DNA of 64,000 nt, from positions 800,001-864,000 of the forward strand of contig CAVXPZ010000001.1 of assembly GCA_963763775.1 (NCBI GenBank), given 5' to 3'. Position numbers and translations under genes: made by a program. The notes under the pieces are model-generated. The model was not told the DNA's origin, searched no databases, and worked only from the letters and a program-made list of their open reading frames with translations. Origin of the DNA: an uncultured Chloroflexia bacterium (GTDB lineage Bacteria > Chloroflexota > Limnocylindria > Limnocylindrales > CSP1-4). Shown here piece after piece: positions 41,771-51,120 of the stretch (its first letter is position 1; each line of letters starts with the position of its first letter).

Positions 41771-42366
41771 TCCGCCTGCCGATCCGTCGGCGAGCCGGCC
41801 GCACCCGCGGCCAGACGCTCGTCGAGTTCGCCCTGGTGTTCCCGATCTTCTTCGTGATGTTCATGGGGATGGTCGAGTTCGCGTTCGCCTTCAACGCGAT
41901 CCTGTCGGTCAACTTCGCCTCGCGGAACGCGAGCCTCTATGCGTCCGAGGCCGGGAACACGGCCGGCGCCGACTGCGTGATCCTCGCCGCCATCGAGCGC
42001 GACGTCAGCGCGCCGGCCAACGCCAAGAACATCACCAAGATCGAGATCTACCGCGCCAAGTCCAACGGCGACCAGTACTCGACCAGTGAGATCACGACCT
42101 TCACCCGGACGGGCTCGCTGACCTGCACCTTCCCGGACCTGACGACCCAGACCGTCCCCTACACCCGGACCGGCAACGGCTATCCCGAGTCCGCTCGGTG
42201 CAACATCCTGGCCGGCTGCGGCGGGACGCATACGGGTGTCGACCACGTCGGGGTCCGCATCTACTACACGCACCCCTACGTGACCCCATTGAGCAACTTC
42301 GTCGGGACCGGTAGCAGCATCCAGTTCGACCGGGCCAACGTCATGCGTCTGGAGCCGAACCTGTGA
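41767..42366 (+). CDS. TadE-like minor pilin, cassette A
   Basis: Prepilin motif RG|QTLVEFALVFP, then ASRNA; Cys pairs in the head domain. Confidence 0.88.
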   Translation: MIRLPIRRRAGRTRGQTLVEFALVFPIFFVMFMGMVEFAFAFNAILSVNFASRNASLYASEAGNTAGADCVILAAIERDVSAPANAKNITKIEIYRAKSNGDQYSTSEITTFTRTGSLTCTFPDLTTQTVPYTRTGNGYPESARCNILAGCGGTHTGVDHVGVRIYYTHPYVTPLSNFVGTGSSIQFDRANVMRLEPNL

Positions 42367-42983
42367 TGCGCCTCCGTCGTCAGCGCCGCGAAGACGGCCA
42401 GAGCCTCGTCGAGTTCTCGATGATCGTCACGGTGGCGATGCTGATGCTGCTCGGCATGCTGGAGTTCGGATTCATCTTCGACCATCACCTGTCGCTCGAG
42501 TACGCCACCCGCGAGGGCGCCCGTGTCGCCGCCGCGCTCTCGAACGGCGGCGGCACCGTCGGCTGCGGCACCGGGCAATCGCCGAACGCGGCGACGGTGG
42601 ACCAGCAGATCATCGCCGCGGTCCAGCGCGTCGTGGCGTCGCCGGGTTCGCCGATCGTCGAGAGCCGGATCGGCCAGGTCCGCATCTACAAGTCGGACTC
42701 CACGGGGGCACCTTCGGGCACCTCGTACAACACCTGGATCTACCAGGCCGGCGGCGGACCGGTCGTCGACGGGAAGGCGCTGGACTTCAAGCAGTCCGGC
42801 TCCAGCGGGTACGCAGCCTGTTCGCGGGACAACGGCGCGACGCCCGATTCCATCGGCGTGAGCATCACCTACACCTACCAGATGGTCACGCCCCTGGCGG
42901 CGGTGATCGGGTTCTTCGGCGGCGCCGGTGCCAGCACGATCCCCATCTCTGACAAGACCGTCATGGCCCTCAACCCGAGTTAA
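42363..42983 (+). CDS. TadE/TadF-like minor pilin, cassette A
   Basis: DG|QSLVEFSMIV, ATREGARVAA and V.ITYTY..VTP. Confidence 0.88.
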   Translation: MMRLRRQRREDGQSLVEFSMIVTVAMLMLLGMLEFGFIFDHHLSLEYATREGARVAAALSNGGGTVGCGTGQSPNAATVDQQIIAAVQRVVASPGSPIVESRIGQVRIYKSDSTGAPSGTSYNTWIYQAGGGPVVDGKALDFKQSGSSGYAACSRDNGATPDSIGVSITYTYQMVTPLAAVIGFFGGAGASTIPISDKTVMALNPS

Positions 42984-42987
42984 TGAG

Positions 42988-45223
42988 ATGCCGACCATGA
43001 ATTCGCACCCGATCCGGTCAGACCCCCCGACGCGGGCGCTCGCGCGGGCAGATCGTCGTGATCTTCGCCGCCGCGTCGATCGTGTTCGTCGCCTTGATGG
43101 CGATCGTCGTCGACGTGTCGTGGTTCTGGGCGAACAGCCTGCGGATGCAGCGTGCCGCCGACGCGGCGGCGCTCGCGGGCGTCGTCGACCTGCCCGGGAA
43201 CGAGGCCGGCGCGATCGACCTCGCCAGGGCCGAGTCGGCCAAGAACGGCTTCACCGACGGCACCGGCGGTGTCGTGGTCACGCCGTGGCAGGACCCGACC
43301 AACTCCCGACGCCTGCGCGTCACGATCAGCGGACCGATCGGGACCTTCTTCGCCCGCGTGATCGGGATCAACTCGTTCCCCGGGTTCGCCCAGGCGAAGG
43401 CCGACTATGTCCTCCCGGTCCCGATGGGGAGTCCGGAGAACTACTACGGCGTCTTCGGCAAGATCCGGCACCCCGGCGGCGGCATCACCCAAGTCACGAC
43501 GAACACCTTCAACAACGTCACGACGGCATGGTTTAGCGCGGCGTCGTCGAAGGGCACGACCCGGTGGACGACACCCCGGGAACACCTACACGAGCAACGA
43601 TGTCTGGGCGACCTCGGCGACCGCCAACCAGTACCAGCAATGGGGCAACTTCGGAATCACCCTGGCCGGCACGGTGACGAACATCGACGGGATCGAAGTC
43701 AGCGCCGAAGTCAGCAGCCGGGCCGGCACGGGCACGACCTGCACAGATCCAGTACGAGCTGTCCTGGAACAACGGGCGGCACGTACACGACCGGGTCCGG
43801 AGGCGTCAAGACGACGCGCGGCGCTCGACGACCACGGACACGTACGACGTCGATGGGCAACGCGACCGACACCTGGAACCGGTCACCTGGTCGACAGGTG
43901 ACCTCACGAACGCCAACTTCCAGATCCGCGCCCGGACGATCAAGCCGTCACCGCGACCGTCTGCCCCAGCGCGACCCTGCACCGGATCGACCACCTGCGT
44001 GTCCGCGTGACGTACGACTACACGACGACGACGTCCACCTTCATCCCGGACGTCAACGTCGCGAGCCCATACGGCGCGGCCCTGACGCCTCGCGGCTTCT
44101 GGGGAACGATGCTGACCGAGGGCGCCGAGTCCATCAACGGCGACGCTTACTCGCCGTTCTACGACACGCGCACCAGCACAACAACCCAACTTCGACCCGA
44201 CCACCTACTACGACTACGCCGTCGAGATGCCGGCCGGCTCGAGCAGCGGCGAGGTCTGGATCTACGACCCCGGCTTCTGCGCGGTCGACTCGGATGAGGG
44301 CACCGGCGACCGGTACTTCGGCAACACCAACACCGCGGCTCGAACGGGATCAGCGCGTACTATTCGCTGTACGACACGAAGAACACGCTGTACGACTCGA
44401 CGGACGACACGTCGTGGCCACGAGCGGCAGCCATTCGCGAACATGAACGGCGCCGACACCTCGATGATGGCGAGCCCCGGCTCCTTCTCGATGACCAACC
44501 TCAACGACTGCTCGGACGCGACGATCGGCGACAACACGGCCAGCCCGTACTACTACCACAACCGCTGGTGGCAGCTCGCCGGCGGCCTCGCGGGCGGGAC
44601 GACGTACCGCGTCCACACGCAGTCGACCGACCCGAGCAACGTCAACGCGCAGAAGAACATGAACGGCCAGAACAGCTTCGCGATCTGGACGAAGGCCACA
44701 GGCGGCACGCCCAAGGTCCACGGCCTGGGCGCCATGGAGGCGTACACGCCGCTCGACCCGAGCACCAGCGCCGAGTTCTACCTCGCCCAGATCGGCGCCG
44801 AACACGCCGGCAAGACGATGGAGATCAAGCTCTGGGACCCGGGTGACACGAACAGCCTCTCGGCGAACCTCCAGATCGATGATCCCGACTCCGCCGGGTA
44901 CACGGCCGCGAGCTTGAACTACACCGCCGCCGTCGGGACCACGAACACGAATGCCAGTTCCTGCGGCAGCACGAACGTCACCGGCGCGTCCAACATCCCG
45001 ACCAATACGGGCGGTTCGGGCGGCCAGAAGTTCGGCGGGCTGCTGGGTCACGATCCTCATCCCGATCCCGGCCACCTACACCGCACCCACGCCGCCCGGC
45101 GAGGCCGAACCCGGGTGGTGGAAGATCCGCTACAACATGGGCAGCGGCTCCGCGAGCGCCTTCGACCTCACCACCTGGCAGGTCCAGATCCGCGGCAACC
45201 CGGTGCACCTCGTCCTTCCGTAG
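42988..45223 (+). CDS. TadG-like pilus tip/adhesin, cassette A (many frameshifts: sequencing error or pseudogene)
   Basis: RG|QIVVIFA, VD.SW and MQRAADAAALAG; fragments in several frames are colinear with 46681-48840 and end in IRGNPVHLVLP. Confidence 0.8.
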
Positions 45224-45257
45224 ACCGTCGCCCACTTCGGGCCGAAGCACCGAGCCA

Positions 45258-45288
45258 CGACCCCCTCACCGTTCGCGGGAGGGGGTCG
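45258..45288 (+). terminator. Strong hairpin between the two Tad cassettes
   Basis: CGACCCCCTC-A-CCG-ttcg-CGG-GAGGGGGTCG (13 bp, TTCG loop); the U-tract is weak. Confidence 0.55.
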
Positions 45289-45330
45289 ACTCGTTCCTCG
45301 GGCGGCGGCGGCAGGGTAGCCCGGGAACGC

Positions 45331-45436
45331 CGACCTTGCGGCGGACCTTACATTCGGCGGGCCCGAATCAGGACCTTTGGCGAACCCGGCGCGAACGACC
45401 TCGCCCCTAGGAGGGCCCCGGACCGCACCGTAGTCT
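45331..45436 (+). promoter_or_regulatory. Conserved upstream element of Tad cassette B plus -10 box TAGTCT (leaderless start)
   Basis: Paralog of 41452-41556; TAGTCT lies 6 nt before GTG 45443. Confidence 0.7.
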
Positions 45437-45442
45437 CGGGTC

Positions 45443-46048
45443 GTGATCCGAATCCGTGACTCCCGACACCATCGCGAGCGTCGCCGCGGGCAGACGCTTG
45501 TCGAGTTCGCCCTCGTGTTCCCGCTGTTCTTCACGCTGTTCATGGGCGTCGTGGAGTTCTCCTTCACCTTCAACGCCATCCTCTCGGTGACCTTCGCCTC
45601 GCGCAACGCGGCTCTCGCCGCGGCCGAGGCCGGCAACGCCGCCGGTGCGGACTGCGTGGTCCTCTCCGGGATCGAACGCGACATCACCGCCCCGGCCGAC
45701 CACGCCAGGGTCAACAAGGTCGAGGTGTATCGCGCGACCCAGACCGGCGATGCCTACGCCCCACCGGAGATCACGACCTGGACCCGGTCCGGCTCGACCG
45801 CCTGCACCTTCCCGGACGGAACGACCTCGACCCTGCCCTACACGCTGACATCGAACGGCTATCCGACCGCCAACCGCTGCAACGTCATCGGGGGCTGCCC
45901 GATCGGCGGCCACACGACGGTGGACTACGTGGGCGTGCGCATCTACTACACGCACGTCTACGTGACGCCCGTGAAGACCTTCCTCGGTGCCGGCGGGACG
46001 ATGTCCTTCGACCGCGGCAACGTGATGCGCATGGAGCCGGTGCTGTGA
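45443..46048 (+). CDS. TadE-like minor pilin, cassette B
   Basis: RG|QTLVEFALVFP; colinear paralog of 41767-42366. Confidence 0.9.
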   Translation: MIRIRDSRHHRERRRGQTLVEFALVFPLFFTLFMGVVEFSFTFNAILSVTFASRNAALAAAEAGNAAGADCVVLSGIERDITAPADHARVNKVEVYRATQTGDAYAPPEITTWTRSGSTACTFPDGTTSTLPYTLTSNGYPTANRCNVIGGCPIGGHTTVDYVGVRIYYTHVYVTPVKTFLGAGGTMSFDRGNVMRMEPVL

Positions 46049-46677
46049 GCCTGCGACGGGCGACTCGAGAAGGTCGCGACGTGGCAGGCCAGAGCCTGGT
46101 CGAGTTCGCCATGGTCGTGACCGTCGTGATGCTCTTCCTGCTCGGCCTGCTCGAGTTCGGGTTCGTCTTCGACCATCACCTCACGCTCGAGTACGCCTCG
46201 CGCGAAGGGGCGCGCTCGGGCTCCGCGCTCGCCAACGGCGGCGGGATCGTCGGGTGCGGCGCCGGTCAGTCGCCGAATGCGGCGACGGTCGACCCCCAGA
46301 TCGTCGCGGCCGTCCAGCGTGTCCTCACGTCGCCTGGGTCGCAGGTGGTCCCGAGCCGGGTCTCGTCCATCCGGATCTACAAGGCGGACAGCGCGGGCAA
46401 CGAGACGGGCGGCGCCGCGAACGTCTGGATCTACCAGGCCGGCGGCGGCCCGACGGTCGACGGCAAGGTCCTCGACTTCAAGAACCAGTCGACCGGATGG
46501 GCCGCGTGCTCCCGGGACAACGGCGGGACGCCCGATTCGATCGGCGTCAGCGTCGCCTACAACTACCAGCTCGTCACCCCGCTCTCGGCCGTCATGGGCT
46601 TCTTCGGCGGCGGCGCCGGGCCTACGACGATCCCGATGAGCGACCGAACCATCATGGCGCTCAATCCAGGGAACTGA
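46045..46677 (+). CDS. TadE/TadF-like minor pilin, cassette B
   Basis: AG|QSLVEFAMVV and ASREGAR; paralog of 42363-42983. Confidence 0.9.
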   Translation: MSLRRATREGRDVAGQSLVEFAMVVTVVMLFLLGLLEFGFVFDHHLTLEYASREGARSGSALANGGGIVGCGAGQSPNAATVDPQIVAAVQRVLTSPGSQVVPSRVSSIRIYKADSAGNETGGAANVWIYQAGGGPTVDGKVLDFKNQSTGWAACSRDNGGTPDSIGVSVAYNYQLVTPLSAVMGFFGGGAGPTTIPMSDRTIMALNPGN

Positions 46678-46680
46678 CCG

Positions 46681-48840
46681 ATGACCTTCTTCTCGCGACA
46701 CCCGCACAAGGCCGATCCGAAGCGACGCGCATCCCGCGGCCAGATCGTCATCCTGTTCGCCGGCGCGATCATCGTGTTCGTCGGGCTTGCCGCGGTCGTC
46801 ATCGACGTCTCGTGGTACTGGGCAAATACGCTTCGGATGCAGCGCGCCGCGGATGCGGCGGCGCTCGCCGGCGTCGTCTACCTGCCCGGCAACCCCTCGC
46901 TCGCCATCTCCACCGCGCGGGCCGAGGCCACGAAGAACGGCTACGCCAACGGCGTGGGCGGTGTGGCCGTCACGCCGGTCCAGGATCCGACGAACTCCCG
47001 CCGTCTCAAGGTCACGGTGAGCGGGCCGATCGGAACGTACTTCGCCAAGGTCCTCGGCATCAACTCGTGGCCGGCCGCCCGCGACGCCAAGGCGGACTTC
47101 GTGCTCCCGGTGCCGATGGGCAGTCCGCAGAACTACTACGGCGTCGGGACGCTCAAAGGCACGACGGTCAACACGTCGACCACGCACAACTACAACAGCC
47201 GGAACTCCGGCCTCGACGTGGCGACGAGCTCGCCGGCGGGGACCCCGTGGGTGGCGAGCACCGGCACGCTCGTCGCGGCCGTCAACAGCTCGAACACGGC
47301 GTACGACTACACCACGACGAACAACGCCACCCAGCAGTTCGGCGGGTTCGGGCTGAACACCGGGCTCCCGGCCGGCGAGGCCATCAGCGGCAACATCACC
47401 GGTCTCCAGGTCACGCTGACGAAGGCCTCCGTGTCGGCCGCGTGCGCGACCACGAAGATCGGCGTCGCCCTGTCCTGGGATGGCGGCTCCTCGTGGACGA
47501 CCGTGACCGCGCAGACCGCCAACCTGACCACGACCACCGCCAACACGACGTTCGGCACCAGCACGGCGACGAGCTTCTGGACGGGGCACACGACGTGGAC
47601 CGCGGCCGACATCAGCGACGCCAACTTCCGTGTCCGCCTGACCGGCCTCAAAGGCTGTGCGACCGCCGGGACGCAGCTTCGGCTCGACCAGCTCCAGGTC
47701 CAGGCGTGGTACACGACGGACAACCCGACGACGACCACGACGGTCGACCCCGACCCGACGGCCCGCAACGTCAACGACCCCGCGACGGGCAGCGCGCTCA
47801 CCTCTCAGGGCTTCTGGGGCGCGGTGATCACGAAGGGCGGCGACCGCGGCAACGGCGACCGGTACAGCCCGGCGAACAACGGCGGGAGCGCCAACGCGGA
47901 GTACGACGCGCGCGGCTACGACTACACGATCGAGGTCGGCGTCAGCGGCAAGGTGTCGATCTACGACCCGACGTTCTGCGCGACCGGCAACAACACGTCC
48001 GGCGGATCGTACGGCGCGGGCGATCACTGGATCGGCACGGCCGGACGCCCGGTGACGACGGTGTTCACGCTCTACGGCATCAACAACACACCCCTGGACA
48101 CGACCGACGACATCGCCATCACCTCGTCCGGTTCGATGTTCGCGAACGAGACGCAGGCGGACTACAGCGGCAATTACGGGCAGCCGGCCGGCTTCTCCGC
48201 CGTCGGTTCGGGCACGTACACGAACTGTGCGACCAATCCCTATCACAACACCTGGTGGCCGATGGCGACCGGGCTCGCCGCCGGCACGTACCGCCTCAAC
48301 GTCACCACCAGCGACGCCGGGAACAACACCACCAGCGCCGAGAACATGTGGTCGCTCTGGGTCTCCGGCGGGAGCAAGCCCCGCGTCTATGGCGGCGGCC
48401 GCATGGCGGCCTACAACAACCTCGAGGCCGGCACGCAGCGGTTCTACCTGGCCCAGATCGCCGCGGTCCATGCCGGCAAGACGATGGTCATCGAATTGTT
48501 CGACCCGGGTGACATCAGCGGCGACGGCTACCTCAGGATCCTGAGTCCCGATGGGAATGCCTACAACTACGCGACGTTCTCGTACGTGGCGGACAACGGG
48601 CGCTCCGGCACCAACGTCACGCAGGTCCAGACCGCTGCCAGCGGGACGAGTTACTACAACAACTCGGTCCTCACGATCCAGATCGCGCTCCCGTCGAGTT
48701 ACGGCAGCGGCGGCCTGCGCCCATCCGGCGAGACCGAGGACGGCTGGTGGAAGATCGAGTACCAGGTCGGCGGCGGCAACGACACGACGACCTGGCAGGT
48801 GAGCATCCGCGGCAACCCGGTCCACCTCGTCCTTCCGTAG
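46681..48840 (+). CDS. TadG-like pilus tip/adhesin, cassette B (719 aa, intact)
   Basis: RG|QIVILFA and MQRAADAAALAG; Thr/Asn/Gly-rich beta domains; no MIDAS motif seen. Confidence 0.88.
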   Translation: MTFFSRHPHKADPKRRASRGQIVILFAGAIIVFVGLAAVVIDVSWYWANTLRMQRAADAAALAGVVYLPGNPSLAISTARAEATKNGYANGVGGVAVTPVQDPTNSRRLKVTVSGPIGTYFAKVLGINSWPAARDAKADFVLPVPMGSPQNYYGVGTLKGTTVNTSTTHNYNSRNSGLDVATSSPAGTPWVASTGTLVAAVNSSNTAYDYTTTNNATQQFGGFGLNTGLPAGEAISGNITGLQVTLTKASVSAACATTKIGVALSWDGGSSWTTVTAQTANLTTTTANTTFGTSTATSFWTGHTTWTAADISDANFRVRLTGLKGCATAGTQLRLDQLQVQAWYTTDNPTTTTTVDPDPTARNVNDPATGSALTSQGFWGAVITKGGDRGNGDRYSPANNGGSANAEYDARGYDYTIEVGVSGKVSIYDPTFCATGNNTSGGSYGAGDHWIGTAGRPVTTVFTLYGINNTPLDTTDDIAITSSGSMFANETQADYSGNYGQPAGFSAVGSGTYTNCATNPYHNTWWPMATGLAAGTYRLNVTTSDAGNNTTSAENMWSLWVSGGSKPRVYGGGRMAAYNNLEAGTQRFYLAQIAAVHAGKTMVIELFDPGDISGDGYLRILSPDGNAYNYATFSYVADNGRSGTNVTQVQTAASGTSYYNNSVLTIQIALPSSYGSGGLRPSGETEDGWWKIEYQVGGGNDTTTWQVSIRGNPVHLVLP

Positions 48841-48865
48841 CTCGGGGCGCCGCTAGACTCGGGGC

Positions 48866-49564
48866 ATGTGCGGCAGGTTCACCCAGGAGCGACCCGCGTC
48901 CGAGCTCGCCGAGATCTTCGGCGCGGAGCCGCTCGTCGACGACCCGGGCGCCCGGTACAACGTGGCCCCGACCGATGAGGCGCTCGTGGTCGTCCAGCGC
49001 GAGGAACGACGGGCCATCACCGCGTATCGCTGGGGCCTGATCCCGCACTGGGCGGACGACGCCAAGGTCGGCTCCAGGATGTTCAACGCCCGCGCCGAGA
49101 CCCTCACCTCGAGCCCCGCCTTCCGCGACGCCTTCAAACGAAAGCGCTGCCTGGTCCCGGTGGACTCGTTCTACGAGTGGAAGCGCGAGGGCACGGTCCG
49201 TCAGCCGTACCGCGTCGTCCGAGACGACCGGGCCCCGCTCGCCCTCGCCGGGCTGTGGGCCGGATGGCGCGACCCGGCGACCGAGACGGTGCGCCGCACG
49301 TTCACCATCATCACGTCCCGTCCGAACGAGGCCCTGCACGACCTGCACGATCGGATGCCCGTCATCGTCCCACGCCGGTCCTGGGATCGATGGCTCAGCG
49401 CCGACCCGGACGATGCCGGCGAATTGCTCGCGATCCTCGAGCCGTCCGACGACGTCGAACTGGATATCTATGCAGTCCCCACGCTCGTCAACGACGTCCG
49501 GAAGGATGGGCCGGCGCTCATCGAACCGCTGGAGGCGACCGAGCCCGGGACCGACGCCGGCTGA
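48866..49564 (+). CDS. SOS response-associated peptidase (SRAP/YedK/HMCES family)
   Basis: MCGRF with catalytic Cys2, RYNVAPT, WGLIP, NARAET, FYEW and HDRMP. Confidence 0.95.
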   Translation: MCGRFTQERPASELAEIFGAEPLVDDPGARYNVAPTDEALVVVQREERRAITAYRWGLIPHWADDAKVGSRMFNARAETLTSSPAFRDAFKRKRCLVPVDSFYEWKREGTVRQPYRVVRDDRAPLALAGLWAGWRDPATETVRRTFTIITSRPNEALHDLHDRMPVIVPRRSWDRWLSADPDDAGELLAILEPSDDVELDIYAVPTLVNDVRKDGPALIEPLEATEPGTDAG

Positions 49565-49591
49565 GCCACACGGCGACGACGCCCCGAGACA

Positions 49592-49617
49592 CCATCCGCC
49601 GCACCCGCCCGTCCGTA
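49592..49617 (+). promoter_or_regulatory. SigK-type autoregulatory promoter
   Basis: CCATCC-N15-CCGTA, one mismatch from the mycobacterial SigK consensus CCATCC-N15-CCGAA (recalled), just upstream of the SigK-like gene. Confidence 0.65.
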
Positions 49618-49626
49618 GGGACCAGC

Positions 49627-50287
49627 ATGACCGCCCTCGCCGTGGATGTCGGGAACGTGTGGCAGAATCCACGTCTCACCCGCCAGGAGCCCACGTTGCC
49701 CGTTCGCGAGCCGCCATCGGCGGAACAACGCGCCATCGACGTCGCTCTGCTCGGCCGCATCCGGGACGGTGACGCGGCCGCGCTGTCCGATCTGTACGCC
49801 AGGTTCGGCAGTCCCCTCTACTCCCTGGCGTATCAGGTCGTCCGCGACGCCGGGGCGGCGGAGGACATCGTCCAGGAGGTCTTCATGGCGGTCTGGCGGA
49901 GCGCCGGCCGCTTCGACCCCGCCAAGGGCTCGCCGGCCGGGTGGCTCTTCTCGCTGGCCCGGCACAAGGCGATCGACCTGCTTCGCCGCGAGACGACGGC
50001 TCGCTCTCGAAGCGTCGATGTCGACCTGACGCTCGAACCGGCCGCCGAGGACGTCGAGCACGAAGCGTGGCTGGGCATCCGACGCGACCGGACCCTCGAG
50101 GGCCTGAGCGCGCTGCCGGAGGCGCAGCGCGAAGCCGTCGAGCTGGCATTCTTCGCGGGCCTCACGCACGTCGAAGTGGCCGAGCGGCTCGGGATCCCGC
50201 TCGGCACGGCCAAGACGCGCATCCGGTCCGGCCTGCTTGCGGCTGCGCGACCTGCTCGGCGACTCGGTCAGCGAGGTCGCGCCATGA
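49627..50287 (+). CDS. ECF sigma factor, SigK-like (frameshift near 50237)
   Basis: AEDIVQEVF..VWR.A.RFDPAKGS..GWL; G.TH.EVAERLGIPLGTAKTRIRSGL; the corrected frame ends LRLRDLLGDSVSEVAP*. Confidence 0.9.
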
Positions 50288-51120
50288 TCGGCGAGATGGA
50301 TCATCAGGCGTATCTGGAGCTGCTGGCCGGCGAGGCGCTCGACGACCTCGACCCGACCGAGGTCGCCCGACTCTCCGCCCACCGCGACGGCTGCGCGATC
50401 TGCGCCGAGACCGCCGCTGACCTCGACGACACGCTCGTCGCCCTGGCGGTCGCGGTCCCGCAGCGGCCGGCGCCGGCCGGACTCGAGGCACGGATCATGG
50501 CGGCCGTCGCCGCCGAGCCTCGGACCTCACCGTCGGCCGAGATGGCGACGGCGGCGGCGATGACGGCCGCAGCGACGGCGGCGGCGATGACCCCGGTACC
50601 GGCGCGCGTCGACGAACCCAGGAGCCGATGGAGCGCCTTCCGGGATCGATGGGCCGTCGCCGCCGTCGGCGCGACGGCCGTCGCCCTCGTCCTCGTGATC
50701 GTCGGCGCCTCGCTGGCGACGCAGTTGCGCGACCTTCGGTCGACCGTGGCCACCCAGGACGCCGCGATCGCGGTCCTTGCGGACCCGAACCACGTCGTGG
50801 CCCCGCTCGCCCCGGAGAACGGCTCCACCGCCACCGCGATGGCCGTCTACGTGCCCGACACGACCGAGTCGTACGTCATGGCGACCGGCCTCGCCGCGAC
50901 CCCGACTGGCAAGGTCTACCAGCTGTGGTCCGCGGATGCCGCGGGCGTCCACCCGCTCGGCACCTTCACGTTCGATGGGAACGGGACGTTCGTCGCGCCG
51001 TTCGGCGTGGACCTGTCCGGCTCGGCCGCCGCGATGGTGACCCTCGAGCCGGCGGGCGGGTCCACCGGCGAACCCGGCCCGCAGGTCGTCTTCGGGGAGT
51101 TGCCGGCCGCCTCGAGCTAG
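50284..51120 (+). CDS. RskA-like anti-sigma factor with ZAS zinc finger
   Basis: HRDGCAIC (HxxxCxxC), one TM helix, KVYQLW and VTLEPAGGS..P. Confidence 0.88.
   Translation: MIGEMDHQAYLELLAGEALDDLDPTEVARLSAHRDGCAICAETAADLDDTLVALAVAVPQRPAPAGLEARIMAAVAAEPRTSPSAEMATAAAMTAAATAAAMTPVPARVDEPRSRWSAFRDRWAVAAVGATAVALVLVIVGASLATQLRDLRSTVATQDAAIAVLADPNHVVAPLAPENGSTATAMAVYVPDTTESYVMATGLAATPTGKVYQLWSADAAGVHPLGTFTFDGNGTFVAPFGVDLSGSAAAMVTLEPAGGSTGEPGPQVVFGELPAASS

Noticed and set aside
41767-48840. Diversity-generating retroelement or shufflon acting on the Tad adhesins
   Set aside because: No reverse transcriptase or recombinase, no TR/VR pair with A-specific mismatches and no inverted recombination sites in the window.
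49177-51120. Apparent sigma/anti-sigma fusion
   Set aside because: Removing one base near 50237 restores a normal sigma C-terminus that ends in an ATGA overlap with the anti-sigma start.
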